Positions 1-10,096 are shown, counted from the stretch's first letter. The stretch is DNA of 64,000 nt from Novosphingobium sp. (GCA_044225335.1 JBGAIR010000002.1:8643-72642); one strand, 5' to 3'. The notes: generated by a model from the sequence alone, not told the origin. Program-made: numbers and translations.

Positions 1-160
1 TGGCGGCGTAACGATCCGCATCCAGAACAGCCAGCCCGCAAGCGGCAACTGGCTGCCCGCTCCCAAAGGGCCGTTCCGGCTGAGCTTCCGCGCCTATCTG
101 CCGCATCCTGAAATGTCGAACGGCACCTATGTGCTGCCGCCGGTACGGAAAGCCCAGTGA
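1..160 (+). CDS. C-terminal fragment of a DUF1214-like protein (5' end outside the window)
   Basis: The frame ending at TGA 158-160 reads ...GNWLPAPKGPFRLSFRAYLPHPEMSNGTYVLPPVRKAQ*. This matches the DUF1214 C-terminus as I remember it. Its stop overlaps the GTG start of the next gene (GTGA). Confidence 0.55.
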   Translation, partial: GGVTIRIQNSQPASGNWLPAPKGPFRLSFRAYLPHPEMSNGTYVLPPVRKAQ

Positions 161-852
161 AGGACGACGCCACCAAAATCGCGGCCGGTGAAACCGCGCC
201 GACGCGGCGGGCCTCGACCGTTGACGAGGATCTGGCCGATGCGATCATCCGCATGGTCATCATGCGCCCGCTGCCGCCTGGTGCACCGCTGCGTGAAAAC
301 GAGCTGGCGCTGCGGTTCGGCGTCAGCCGCCCAACGGTTCGCGCTGCCTTGCGCAAGGCGACGACCACCGGCTTTGTGGAGATCACAGCCTTTCGCGGCG
401 CGCATGTCCGCCAATTGGGGGTGCAGGATCTGAAGGATCTGCTCGACATGCTCGAGGATATCTACGGGCTGGCCGCGCGCGAGGCCGCGCGTCGCCGCAG
501 TGACGAAGACGTTACCAATCTGCATGATTTCCTGGAACGCTTTGACCTCGGCCTGGGCGAGGCAAGCGATGGCGACAAACGAATTCGCCTGTCCTTCCGG
601 TTCGGAAGCCTGGTCGCCACCGCCGCGCATGCGCCTTTCATTCAGGATGTGCTCGAACGCACCGGGCAACTGGTGCTGTGGCAGCAAAGACTGCGGTTTG
701 CGGATGTCGTCTGGTTTGAACGGCAATCGCTGGAATTCCACCGGCTGCTGGCCTGGGCGGTCGAACATCGCAATGAAATCGCTGCAAGCGATGCTGCGCG
801 GGCCATTGTCCGGCTGACGCGCGAAGCACTGCGCGAAAGCAAGATACTCTAA
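157..852 (+). CDS. GntR/FadR-family transcriptional regulator (winged HTH plus FCD-like C-terminal domain)
   Basis: N-terminal motif LPPGAPLRENELALRFGVSRPTVRAALRKA is a typical GntR HTH. The C-terminal half is helical. The start is GTG. Confidence 0.85.
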   Translation: MKDDATKIAAGETAPTRRASTVDEDLADAIIRMVIMRPLPPGAPLRENELALRFGVSRPTVRAALRKATTTGFVEITAFRGAHVRQLGVQDLKDLLDMLEDIYGLAAREAARRRSDEDVTNLHDFLERFDLGLGEASDGDKRIRLSFRFGSLVATAAHAPFIQDVLERTGQLVLWQQRLRFADVVWFERQSLEFHRLLAWAVEHRNEIAASDAARAIVRLTREALRESKIL

Positions 853-877
853 TAACTATATAATCTGGAGAGGACCC

Positions 878-3346
878 ATGACTGTGATCTTTCGTGCCAC
901 ACTGATGGCCAGCGCTATGCTGATGATCGCGCCCGACGCTGCTCTTGCCGCACAGAGTCCTGATGCGGGGAGCGGGGAAAACGCCTCCGCACCTGCGGAT
1001 GATGAAGGCGCAATCGTTGTGACCGCGCGCAAGCGGAACGAGACGATTCAGGATGTCCCCGCCGCGATTACGGCGATTACCGCTGATGATCGCAAGGGCC
1101 TCGCACTTGATCGCATGGGGGATTATCTGCGCCAGGTGCCCGGTGCCGCGCTGGTCAGTTCGGGCCCGGAATATCTTCAGGATATCACCTTGCGTGGTCA
1201 AGGCTCAGGTCGGCTTGGCTTTTCCGAAACCGCCACCGGGATTTTCCGCAACGGGCTGTACAATGCCGGTGGCGGTTTCGGGGGGCGTGCCTTCAGCCGC
1301 ATGGATGTCTTCGATGCCGAACGCATCGAGATCCTGCGCGGGCCGCAGGGGGCAATATATGGGCGCAATTCAGTGGGTGGCGCCGTGGATATCCGGACGC
1401 AGGACCCGACCTTTACCCGCAGCGGATCCTGGTCGGTAAGCTACGCCAATGCCGAGCATGCGGTGGCTCAGGCAATCGCCAATTTGCCGATCGTCAATGA
1501 TCGCATCGCATTGCGGGTTGGCGGTCTGTACGATGTGCAATCCTCCGGTTTTTACCGCAATGCCTCTGGCGAAATTCTCGACAAGGCGCGCTATGCCGGA
1601 CTTCGTGCTGCCATCAAGGCGCGGGTGGGCGATAGCGGCACCCTCAATTTCCTGTACGAATTTTCTGACAGCAAGGCTCCGGCATTCGGTGCGCAGGGGC
1701 AGCGCATGACGCGCCTGGACGGATCGGTTCTGGATGCTGACCCATTTGTGCGCAGCGATATGGATCGCAACGGCACCGCCAACATCCGCGATCACCTGTT
1801 CGTCGGCAGCTATGTTCAGGAACTGGGCGGTGTGACCTTCAACGCCAAGGCGCTCTACAAAACGCGCTCCGGCGGGCGTGAGGGCGAGGACAATGATCAT
1901 TTTGGCGGTGCTTCGGGCATAGATGTGTTGCCCGGCAGCGCGATCAAAACCCCTGATTACAGCGTCGGCCAATATGAAAATCACGATCACTGGATGGTGC
2001 AGGCCTATCTTTCTTCGGCCAGCAAGAGCGCGCCGGTGAGCTGGCTGATCGGTGCGGAATATCTGGCCAGCGATACGGACACCAGGACGGTTCCGAATTT
2101 CTGCCCGCAGTACACCGGTACGCTGCAACCCGACACTCCGGGTTGTTATGTCGGCGCTGTCGGGACTCTGTCGACTGCTGGCACCAGCGCCCGCAGCAAT
2201 GGGCGGCTGACGTTGAACAACGACAGCTTTCGTGAACGACTGCGGTCGCCTTCGATCTTCGCCTCGGTCGAACTGGCGCTTGATGCCCGAACCCGGCTGG
2301 AAGTAGCCGCGCGGCTGCAGCGTGATCGCAAGGATTACGATTTCATGCGCTATTCGATGGATCCGCTGGTCTATTTCGGATCAGGCGCTACGCCTGCCGG
2401 CATGGCCGCTCCCATCACATCGGATCCGGACGGTTCAGGCCCATTGCCGGCTTCACCCGTGGAATTCTGTCCGCCAACATTGGCTGCGGCCGATTGTGCG
2501 GCCGGACGCGAAACGCTGACCGCACAATCGAAGCAACGCGGCACCTATTTCACGCCGGCGGTCAGCCTTCGGCATCGGTTCTCGCCCGATCTCAATGCCT
2601 ATGTCCGTTTTGCAACCGGCTATCGGCCCGGCGGCTTCAATACCAATCTTCCGGCAACAACCGTGCGCTCCCAGGTGGCCGGATTGCTCAACTATAAGCC
2701 TGAGCAGGCCTATTCGGGCGAAGTGGGCCTGAAGGGCCGCCTGCTGGGTGTCGGTTTTGCACTGTCGGGTTACTATGTGCGCACCACCGGCGTTCAGGTG
2801 GTCACCGCTGCTTCATCAACTTCGCGCGGCTTCATCCTGCAAAACGCCGGCAATGCCCATGTCTATGGCGTCGAACTCGAAGCACGCCGCCGCTGGAATC
2901 TGGGCGGGGGAAGCTTCTTCCAGCTGACGTTGAATGCAACAAGCCAGGGCGGATCATTCGAGAAGGGTGCCTCCGCTTTGATCGACCAGACCGGCAGCGG
3001 GGTTCCCACCGCTGTGTCGCTGGAAGGCACAGCCGTTCCCCGGCTCCGGAAATTGCAGCTGACGTCGAATGCCACGCTTTCGATGCCGGTTGGCGGCGAT
3101 ACCCGCCTGATCCTCAATGGCGGTGTTCAGCATGCGGCTGGCGGTCTTGAATCGCCTGCCGCGACCCGGCCGTACAGCGGTTACACCCTTCTTGATGCCC
3201 GCGCCGGGGTGCAGGTCGGCAATGTGTCGTTTTCGGTGTTCGGCAAGAATCTGACCAACAGGATCTATGTCCTCAACGTGATCAGCTCCAACACCTATTA
3301 CAGCGAGCCGCGTACCTATGGAGTTGAAATGAAAGCCAGTTTTTAA
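878..3346 (+). CDS. TonB-dependent outer-membrane receptor
   Basis: Signal peptide (MLMIAPDAALA). Plug-domain motifs IVVTARKR and IEILRGPQGAIYGRNSVGG. The C-terminus ends in an aromatic residue (..YGVEMKASF). 822 aa. Confidence 0.9.
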   Translation: MTVIFRATLMASAMLMIAPDAALAAQSPDAGSGENASAPADDEGAIVVTARKRNETIQDVPAAITAITADDRKGLALDRMGDYLRQVPGAALVSSGPEYLQDITLRGQGSGRLGFSETATGIFRNGLYNAGGGFGGRAFSRMDVFDAERIEILRGPQGAIYGRNSVGGAVDIRTQDPTFTRSGSWSVSYANAEHAVAQAIANLPIVNDRIALRVGGLYDVQSSGFYRNASGEILDKARYAGLRAAIKARVGDSGTLNFLYEFSDSKAPAFGAQGQRMTRLDGSVLDADPFVRSDMDRNGTANIRDHLFVGSYVQELGGVTFNAKALYKTRSGGREGEDNDHFGGASGIDVLPGSAIKTPDYSVGQYENHDHWMVQAYLSSASKSAPVSWLIGAEYLASDTDTRTVPNFCPQYTGTLQPDTPGCYVGAVGTLSTAGTSARSNGRLTLNNDSFRERLRSPSIFASVELALDARTRLEVAARLQRDRKDYDFMRYSMDPLVYFGSGATPAGMAAPITSDPDGSGPLPASPVEFCPPTLAAADCAAGRETLTAQSKQRGTYFTPAVSLRHRFSPDLNAYVRFATGYRPGGFNTNLPATTVRSQVAGLLNYKPEQAYSGEVGLKGRLLGVGFALSGYYVRTTGVQVVTAASSTSRGFILQNAGNAHVYGVELEARRRWNLGGGSFFQLTLNATSQGGSFEKGASALIDQTGSGVPTAVSLEGTAVPRLRKLQLTSNATLSMPVGGDTRLILNGGVQHAAGGLESPAATRPYSGYTLLDARAGVQVGNVSFSVFGKNLTNRIYVLNVISSNTYYSEPRTYGVEMKASF

Positions 3347-3860
3347 GAATTCTGCTTTTATGTGAACCGCACGGCCGATGGTTTTGTTGAAAAGCCTGCC
3401 ATGTTCTCAGGCGGCACGTATGGTTCAAAGTGGAGTTGAGATTTGAGGGGTGATTGGCTCTCGTCCTGGTAATCAAGGAGAGAAAGTGAGGGCCAATTGA
3501 CCTGTCAGGCGAACGCGGCAAGTGGTTGCGGCGGCCAATGAGCCGCATCGCGAGTGCTTCCGCCAAGCCTGTTCTGCCGGTTCAACTCATCACCTGGGGT
3601 GATCCACCTGATTGTGCTGATGTACGTGAGGTTCCCGCAGCGACTCTTGCCTTCATGAAGAAAGCGTTCGCAGGCCCGGCCTCGCGTTTAAAGACCGAAT
3701 TGCATCGTCTGGAGATGAGGTTGCAGCAGACTGACAGCTCCGCCGGGGCCTATTCCTCGCATGCTCGGAAACCGGCTTTTTCCTGGGTTTCCGCCGTCCG
3801 TGGCAATGCTGAGCACCAAACAATCGGTGCTGAAGCTGCAGTAGTGGTCGGATCGGCAGC

Positions 3861-4664
3861 CTAACCCAGCGCCTTCAACGCGAGCTGCCAGGATGACAGC
3901 GCCAGCACCAAGGCAAGCAAGGGTTGCAGCAAAGTGTCTGATGCCTTGGTCGAAAGCAGGCTGCCGATGATCACGCCGGGGATTGATCCGATCAGCAGAT
4001 TGACCAGCAGTGTCGCATCAACATCGCCGATCAACCAGTGTCCGGTGCCGGCGATCAGGGCTAGCGGCACGGCATGGGCAATGTCCGAGCCGACAATTCG
4101 CACCACAGGCAGACGCGGGTAAAGCATTAGCAGCACGGTCATGCCGATCGCCCCGGCACCGACTGAGGATACCGTTACCGCGACACCGATTACCGCGCCC
4201 AGCAGCGTTGTTCCGGTCAGAACCTTGAGCGGCGGATCAAGCGGATCAAGATCATGCGCGAATTTTATCAAACGGCCGCGGAACAGCACGGTTATCGAAG
4301 TGACAGCCAGCAAAGCCGCCAGGGTCAGCAGGATCACATGTTCCGAAGCATTGCCGATCTTGCCGATGCGGGATAGCGCCGCCAGCGTCAGGAGCGCAGC
4401 TGGAATGCTGCCATAGGCCAGCCTGCGCACGATCTTCCAATCCACCGTATCGCGCCAGCCATGGACGGCAGAGCCGGTGATCTTGGTGATCGCCGCATAG
4501 AGCAGATCGGTACCGACTGCGGTTTGCGGGCTGACCCCGAACAGCAGCACCAGCAGCGGCGTCATCAGCGATCCGCCGCCCACCCCGGTCAGGCCAACCA
4601 GCAGCCCGACCATCAGCCCCGCCGCCGCATGCAGAAAGTCGAGCTGTCCGAACGAATGCACCAC
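3861..4664 (-). CDS. TauE/SafE-family anion exporter (sulfite exporter-like membrane protein)
   Basis: Polytopic membrane protein with the motif GLLVGLTGVGGGSLMTPLLVLLFG, typical of TauE/SafE (DUF81). Confidence 0.85.
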   Translation of the reverse strand: MVHSFGQLDFLHAAAGLMVGLLVGLTGVGGGSLMTPLLVLLFGVSPQTAVGTDLLYAAITKITGSAVHGWRDTVDWKIVRRLAYGSIPAALLTLAALSRIGKIGNASEHVILLTLAALLAVTSITVLFRGRLIKFAHDLDPLDPPLKVLTGTTLLGAVIGVAVTVSSVGAGAIGMTVLLMLYPRLPVVRIVGSDIAHAVPLALIAGTGHWLIGDVDATLLVNLLIGSIPGVIIGSLLSTKASDTLLQPLLALVLALSSWQLALKALG

Positions 4665-4673
4665 CCTTCTCCC

Positions 4674-5195
4674 TCAGCCAATGTCCAACGCCGGAAGGTT
4701 GAGCGCAAGGCCCAGTACCATCATGATGCCCAACACCTTGATCAAGCCAAGGTGGAAGCGGAATATCAGAATTGCTGCGATCAGGGAAAGCAATGCCGCG
4801 GCCCAGTTCAGACTGGAATGGACCGGCAGTGCAAGGCTGCGCCCGGCGATCGTGAAAGTTGCGGTTGCGGCAAACAGCACGTGGACCGTGAACCACAGGC
4901 TTAGATTGGCGATCACCCCGACAATTGCGGCCGTGATCGCTGCCAGTCCGCCCTTTACCCCATGCAGCCGCCAGCCGATCCATGTCGCGAGTTGCTGCGC
5001 TTCCGGTCCGGGCAGGAGATGGCAGAAGTTTAGCGCGTGCAGATATTCGGCTTCGTTGATCCAGCCCCGTTCTTCCACCAGTTCCTGATGCATCAAGGCG
5101 ATCTGCCCGGCAGGACCGCCGAAGCTGAGACAGCCGATTCGCGCGGAAACGCGCACCAGTTCGGAAAAGGAGGGTTTGTTGTCAGACTTGCCCAT
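4674..5195 (-). CDS. Short CHR-family (chromate ion transporter) protein, possibly a deletion derivative
   Basis: FGGPAGQIALMHQELVEERGWI...LLPGPEAQQLATWIGW is the CHR N-terminal signature. The protein is only 173 aa and has no partner CHR gene nearby. Confidence 0.75.
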   Translation of the reverse strand: MGKSDNKPSFSELVRVSARIGCLSFGGPAGQIALMHQELVEERGWINEAEYLHALNFCHLLPGPEAQQLATWIGWRLHGVKGGLAAITAAIVGVIANLSLWFTVHVLFAATATFTIAGRSLALPVHSSLNWAAALLSLIAAILIFRFHLGLIKVLGIMMVLGLALNLPALDIG

Positions 5196-5393
5196 TGCTT
5201 ACCCCACGCCCTACCGCCCGCACAGCGGGCCAGCCAGGCAACGCTTGGGCATGGCGCGAGCCGTAGCCTGATCGGGAGGTTGCTTCGCCCCGATCCGATG
5301 ACTTTAGGTGCGGGGGCATCAGCTTGGCAAGAAGTGATGAGGGCTTCGCGCAAAAGGAAGCCTTTGCGCGGCCAAAGCATGGCTAGGGATTGA

Positions 5394-5639
5394 TCAGATC
5401 ACGAAATCCAGAATCGCTGGCGGCTGCTTGCGGTTGCGATTGACGACCATGCGATTGTGGAGATTGCCGATCTGGCGGCTGCCGGTTTTCACGAACAGGA
5501 ACGGCAGCAGGCCGTGGATCAGGCAGGCGAACCCGCCCAGGATCATGCGCGTGCCGAATGACGTCGCCTGCACCAGATGCTCGCCATAGGTTTCATCGAC
5601 ACTGGCGGGGTGTTCGGTGAACAGACGATGCAGATTCAT
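5394..5639 (-). CDS. Small membrane protein (DUF6356-like), function unknown
   Basis: I chose ATG 5639 because AAGGAG lies 8 nt upstream. The sequence MNLHRLFTEHPASVDETYGEHL...GFACLIHGLLPFLF contains a hydrophobic hairpin. Confidence 0.55.
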   Translation of the reverse strand: MNLHRLFTEHPASVDETYGEHLVQATSFGTRMILGGFACLIHGLLPFLFVKTGSRQIGNLHNRMVVNRNRKQPPAILDFVI

Positions 5640-5737
5640 GCGGCAATCTCCTTTGCGCGCCAAGAATATGCGGAGCTTTCGGCAATTTCATCACCTTATT
5701 TCTAGCATTTTGACAATTTTGCGGTTAATTTATCCCA

Positions 5738-6214
5738 ATGAACTCGACTGACGTGCAACTTGATACGATAGACTGGGCCATCCTGGGTGTGCTGCAAACC
5801 GATGCCTCACTGCCAGTGCATGAGGTGGGGGAGCGCGTGGGCCTGTCCAGCAATGCCTGCTGGCGGCGCATCCGGCGGCTGGAGGATTCAGGTGTGATCG
5901 CGCGGCGGGTGGCCTTGCTCGATCCGGAAAAGCTGGGGCTGGCGACCACGGTCTTTGTGGCGATCCGCACCCAGCGCCATGATCCTGAATGGCTGGCCGC
6001 GTTTTCGCGCGGGATCGCCGGAATTGAAGAGGTGATGGAATGTCACCGCATGGCCGGCGATGTCGATTATCTGCTCAAGCTGGTGGTGCGTGATATCGCG
6101 CATTATGATCGCATCTATCGCAAGCTGATCGCCGCCGTGCCCGATCTCGCCGATGTCAGCTCCAGCTTCTCGATGGAGAAGATGAAGCACACCACCGCGC
6201 TGCCGCGACCTTAA
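5738..6214 (+). CDS. Lrp/AsnC-family transcriptional regulator
   Basis: LDTIDWAILGVLQTDASLPVHEVGERVGLSSNACWRRIRRLEDSGVI is a classic AsnC HTH, followed by an RAM-like C-terminal domain. Confidence 0.9.
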   Translation: MNSTDVQLDTIDWAILGVLQTDASLPVHEVGERVGLSSNACWRRIRRLEDSGVIARRVALLDPEKLGLATTVFVAIRTQRHDPEWLAAFSRGIAGIEEVMECHRMAGDVDYLLKLVVRDIAHYDRIYRKLIAAVPDLADVSSSFSMEKMKHTTALPRP

Positions 6215-6768
6215 CCAGCATCCCCGCGTTCCGCCGGATCTTCGTGCAGCCAGGCGGCATGACGCGGCGCGCGCCTGGTCTGGCTCCATTCCTCCAGCAT
6301 CAGCGGGGCCAGCTGTTCCAGTTCGGCATATTGTTCGGCGATGCCGATGTTGCAGGCCAGTTCCAGCCGATGGCCGTTGGGATCGAAGAAATAGATCGAG
6401 CGGAAGATGCCGTGATAGGTTGGCCCCAGCACTTCGACGCCATTGGCCTGCAGATGCGCCTTCGCCGCCAGCAGAGCCGCTTCATCCGCCACTTCGAACG
6501 CCAGATGCTGGACCCATTCGGGGGTGTTGGCATCACGGCCCATTTCGGGCTGCTGCGGCAGTTCGAAGAAGGCCAGCACATTGCCGCCGCCGCAATCGAG
6601 AAAGACATGCATATAGGGATCATAAGCCCCGGTGGAGGGCACATGATCCTCGGCAAAGGCCGTGGTGTAGCGCATGCCCAGCATCGTTTCATACCACTGC
6701 ACCGTCTGCTTCGCATCGCGGCAACGATAGGCCACATGGTGAATGCGGCTGAGCGCGGGAGCGGTCAT
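6211..6768 (-). CDS. VOC-family (glyoxalase/dioxygenase-fold) protein
   Basis: [25 protein letters not shown] and HLAFEV motifs. The start overlaps the hppD stop by 4 nt, so the two genes form an operon. Confidence 0.8.
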   Translation of the reverse strand: MTAPALSRIHHVAYRCRDAKQTVQWYETMLGMRYTTAFAEDHVPSTGAYDPYMHVFLDCGGGNVLAFFELPQQPEMGRDANTPEWVQHLAFEVADEAALLAAKAHLQANGVEVLGPTYHGIFRSIYFFDPNGHRLELACNIGIAEQYAELEQLAPLMLEEWSQTRRAPRHAAWLHEDPAERGDAG

Positions 6769-7871
6769 GCGCCTGCTCCTTCGACATTCAGCACGCCGCG
6801 GCGCAGCTGATCGCGCTCCATGCTTTCAAACAGTGCGGTGAAGTTCCCTTCGCCAAAGCCTTCATCCTTCTTGCGCTGGATGAATTCGAAGAACACCGGG
6901 CCGATCTGCGTTTCGGAGAATATCTGCAACAGCAGGCGGGGGTCGCCCTGCTCGGTCGAGCCATCCAGCAGTATGCCCCGCTGCTGCAGTTCCTGCACAG
7001 GTTCGCCATGCCCGGGCAGCCGCTCTTCCAGCATCTCGTAATAGGTGACGGGCGGCGCGGTCATGAACGGGGTGCCGCTGGCCTTGAGCTTGTCCCAGCC
7101 GCTCAGCAGGTCATCGCAGGAAAAGGCAATGTGCTGAATCCCTTCGCCATTATAGGCGCGCAGGAATTCCTCGATCTGGCCGCCACCAGCCTTGCCCTCT
7201 TCGTTGAGCGGAATGCGGATCTTGCCATCGGGCGCGGTCATCGCCTTGCTGGTCAGCCCGGTATATTCGCCCTTGATGTCGAAATAGCGGATTTCGCGAA
7301 AGCCAAAGACCCGCTCGTAGAAAGCGGCCCAATGCGCCATGCGCCCGCCATAGACATTGTGGGTCAGGTGATCGATCGTGTGGAACCCAGCACCGACGGG
7401 ATGGCGATCAACGCCCGGCAGATAGACGAAATCGATGTCATAGATCGACAGGTCGCCCCCATCCTGACCTTCATAGCGATCGATCAGATAGATGATCGAA
7501 CCGCCGATGCCACGGATCGCGGGCAGGCGCAGCTCCATCACCCCGGTGCGGGTTTCCACCGGTTCAGCGCCGCGCTCCACCGCCAGGGCATAGGCCTTGG
7601 CCGCATCGCGCACGCGCCAGCCCATACCGCAGGCCGATGGGCCATGTTCCTGCGCGAAATAGGCAGCCGGGCTGCGTGGTTCGTAATTGGCGATCAGATT
7701 GATGCCGCCCTGCCGCCACAGCTGCACCTGCTTCGAGCGATGATTGGCGACATGGGTAAAGCCCATCGCCGCAAACACCGGCTCCAGCAGGCCGGACTCC
7801 GGCGCGCAGAACTCGATGAATTCGAATCCGTCCAGACCCAGCGGATTGTCGAACAGATCGGTCATGGGCAA
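6765..7871 (-). CDS. hppD: 4-hydroxyphenylpyruvate dioxygenase
   Basis: 368 aa. GFEFIEF..., [34 protein letters not shown] are hallmark HPPD motifs. Confidence 0.92.
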   Translation of the reverse strand: MPMTDLFDNPLGLDGFEFIEFCAPESGLLEPVFAAMGFTHVANHRSKQVQLWRQGGINLIANYEPRSPAAYFAQEHGPSACGMGWRVRDAAKAYALAVERGAEPVETRTGVMELRLPAIRGIGGSIIYLIDRYEGQDGGDLSIYDIDFVYLPGVDRHPVGAGFHTIDHLTHNVYGGRMAHWAAFYERVFGFREIRYFDIKGEYTGLTSKAMTAPDGKIRIPLNEEGKAGGGQIEEFLRAYNGEGIQHIAFSCDDLLSGWDKLKASGTPFMTAPPVTYYEMLEERLPGHGEPVQELQQRGILLDGSTEQGDPRLLLQIFSETQIGPVFFEFIQRKKDEGFGEGNFTALFESMERDQLRRGVLNVEGAGA

Positions 7872-7887
7872 GGCTCCGAGAATAATG

Positions 7888-7901
7888 GTTTCAGCTGAAA
7901 C
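7888..7901. promoter_or_regulatory. Perfect 14-bp palindrome GTTTCAGCTGAAAC just upstream of the hppD start
   Basis: Read directly from the sequence. It lies 17-30 nt upstream of the hppD ATG (7871), next to the putative RBS. It could be an operator or a 5'-UTR hairpin. Confidence 0.25.
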
Positions 7902-7961
7902 TATTTCCCGAAGCGTCTTGAGTCAAGCGAGAGCAGCAGTCTCATGCGTCAGTAAGGACGC

Positions 7962-9122
7962 TCAGGCGACCAGCGGCGCTGTCTCGCGCAGTTGCTGATA
8001 CGAGGCGAACAGATGCGCAAAATGGTCACGCATGGTCGGCGCATCTTCCGCGTGATTGCGAAACGCCGCCCGGCCGGACAACAGCCGGTCAATCGCACTG
8101 GCGGCGGACAGGGCGCTGCCCGCGCGATAGGTCAGCCCTGCGCCTTCGCGGGCATGGTCGGCCGCGCCGCCCTGATCAGGCACGATCACCAGCACGCCGC
8201 TGGCGCGCGCTTCGGCGGCAGCCATGCAGAATGTCTCTGCCTCACAGCCATGCACCAGCGCATCGGCACTAGCCAGCAGGGTCGCAAAGCGCTGCCGATC
8301 CCGCACCGGCGCCAGCAGGTGAACATGGGGATTGCCGATAAAATGCCGGGCGATGCGCGCGCGCTGATTGCCTTCACCCAGAATCACCAGCCCGATCGGA
8401 CGGCGCTGTCCGGCTGCTACCACGGCATCGATCACCATCGGCCAGCGCTTTTCCGCCGCCAGCCGGCCGGCGCCAATCAGCAGATGCGCAGTTTCATCCA
8501 GCCCGCACAGTGCCAGCAGATTGCGGCGCAGCGCAGGATCGCGCCGGGCCGGTGAAAACAGGTCTGCCTCGACGCCCATGGGATGCAGCGCGGTATGTGC
8601 CACCCCGCCCCGTGCCAGCCGTTCGCGCAGTTCGCGATTGGCACAGACGACCGCATCATAGCTTTGCCCCAGCTCGCGCAGATGCGTCCAGAAACTGGCA
8701 AAGCCGCGATCGATGGTTTCGCGCGGCAGCACCGGCCCCAGCCAGCGATAGGCATAGGCGGAAAGCGGATCGGCATGCATGATCAGCGCGCGCGGCACGC
8801 CACCATTCCAGCGGGCCACTTGCGCCGCGCTGCGCCAAGGCGAGGATGCTTCGACGAAATCGGGTTGCAGGGCATCCAGCGCCGCATGCAGTGCGGGCTC
8901 ATCATCGAAATACCAGTATTTGCGGTCCAGCGGAAAGCGGGGCGCCGGGATGGTAACGATGCGGGCACGCGGACCATATTCGATCACCGCATGATCATCG
9001 CCGGGGGCGAGGATGACAATTTCATGCCCCAGCTCCGGCCCGATCCGCAGCTTTTGCTCGATATAGGTACGCACCCCGCCGCCGCGCGGGGTGTAAAAGG
9101 CGCAAACGTCGACAATCCGCAT
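7962..9122 (-). CDS. Glycosyltransferase, GT4 (GT-B fold) family
   Basis: MRIVDVCAFYTPRGGGVRTYI N-terminus and a C-terminal E..FCMAAAEA.ASG motif, typical of GT4/Glycos_transf_1. Confidence 0.85.
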   Translation of the reverse strand: MRIVDVCAFYTPRGGGVRTYIEQKLRIGPELGHEIVILAPGDDHAVIEYGPRARIVTIPAPRFPLDRKYWYFDDEPALHAALDALQPDFVEASSPWRSAAQVARWNGGVPRALIMHADPLSAYAYRWLGPVLPRETIDRGFASFWTHLRELGQSYDAVVCANRELRERLARGGVAHTALHPMGVEADLFSPARRDPALRRNLLALCGLDETAHLLIGAGRLAAEKRWPMVIDAVVAAGQRRPIGLVILGEGNQRARIARHFIGNPHVHLLAPVRDRQRFATLLASADALVHGCEAETFCMAAAEARASGVLVIVPDQGGAADHAREGAGLTYRAGSALSAASAIDRLLSGRAAFRNHAEDAPTMRDHFAHLFASYQQLRETAPLVA

Positions 9123-9124
9123 GG

Positions 9125-10096
9125 CTATGCGCCCTTCCAGCGTTCGGCCAGATCGACCGCGCCAAAGATTGCGCCAATGCAGAGATGGGTCAGCAGCAGC
9201 AGCCCGGCCATCATCGCCATCAGTTCACCAACCGGAGCCTGATGATCGAGCAGCACCACTGTCAGCCCGGCAAAGACCACATCCTTGTTGGGGATCAGCG
9301 GCAGGCGCGAAATCAGCATCCGCAGCGCCGCCAGCACCAGCCACATCTGCATTGCCACTGCGGGCAGCACCATATGCCACATCAGCGCGGCGAGCAGCAG
9401 CATGGCGACAATGCGGCAGCAATGCGTCAGCGCAATCATGTTCAGCACCGGCCGGGGCAAGGTGAACAGCCGCCGCCGGAACAGCAGGATCACAAAGGAG
9501 GTGACCAGCACCACGCTGAGCGAGAGAAAGGCCGTGCGCAGTTCCAGCCCGATCTGGCCGGAGGATACCAGTGGCCATGCCGGGATCAGCATCACCATGG
9601 TAACCGCATTGCCCATCAGTGCGGACAGAATGGTCACATCCTTGATCGCGCCAAAAGGTGCCGTGGCCATCTGCATGCGGCCGCGCGCCCAGCTGTAGAA
9701 CTGCGCCTCGCCCAGATAACCCAGCAAAAGCTCATTGCTGACCAGCTTGCGCAGCAAGGCCCCCACACCGGATGCGGGCAGGTTCCACAGGCGACGATAG
9801 ATGATCCATTCGCTGAATGGCACCGCCAGATAATAGCAGGTGAACAGCAGCCAGAATGCCGGATTTCCAGGCACCATCGCTTCGATACGTTCAAAGGCAA
9901 AGGACTGGAAACGCACCACAATGATCGCGATAAGCGCCAGCGATACCGCCGCGCTGGCCAACCCGGCCAGCCGCGCGCGTTTTCTTTCATCCATATCCTG
10001 CATCGCGAGCAGCAGACGGTTTGGTTGGCTTTCCGCCGCCTCACCCGGAACCTGCATTATCGGGACCTTTCTAGCCGTTTCCGCAGAAACCGGCAC
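9125..10096 (-). CDS. UPF0104 / lysyl-phosphatidylglycerol-synthase-like transmembrane (flippase-like) protein
   Basis: Polytopic membrane protein about 320 aa long. It resembles the UPF0104 family in overall composition and length. Its stop lies 2 nt from the GT4 start. The true start is uncertain. Confidence 0.7.
   Translation of the reverse strand: MPVSAETARKVPIMQVPGEAAESQPNRLLLAMQDMDERKRARLAGLASAAVSLALIAIIVVRFQSFAFERIEAMVPGNPAFWLLFTCYYLAVPFSEWIIYRRLWNLPASGVGALLRKLVSNELLLGYLGEAQFYSWARGRMQMATAPFGAIKDVTILSALMGNAVTMVMLIPAWPLVSSGQIGLELRTAFLSLSVVLVTSFVILLFRRRLFTLPRPVLNMIALTHCCRIVAMLLLAALMWHMVLPAVAMQMWLVLAALRMLISRLPLIPNKDVVFAGLTVVLLDHQAPVGELMAMMAGLLLLTHLCIGAIFGAVDLAERWKGA

Noticed and set aside
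3347-3860. Possible tmRNA, RNase P RNA, SRP RNA or cobalamin riboswitch in the long spacer
   Set aside because: I looked for a tRNA-like 3' end (..GGTTCGA..CCACCA), an ANDN-type tag reading frame, the RNase P GAGGAAAGTCC box, the SRP GGAAGCAGCC motif and a B12 box, and found none. The region also lies downstream of both flanking genes, which is the wrong position for a riboswitch. It is kept only as an unexplained spacer.
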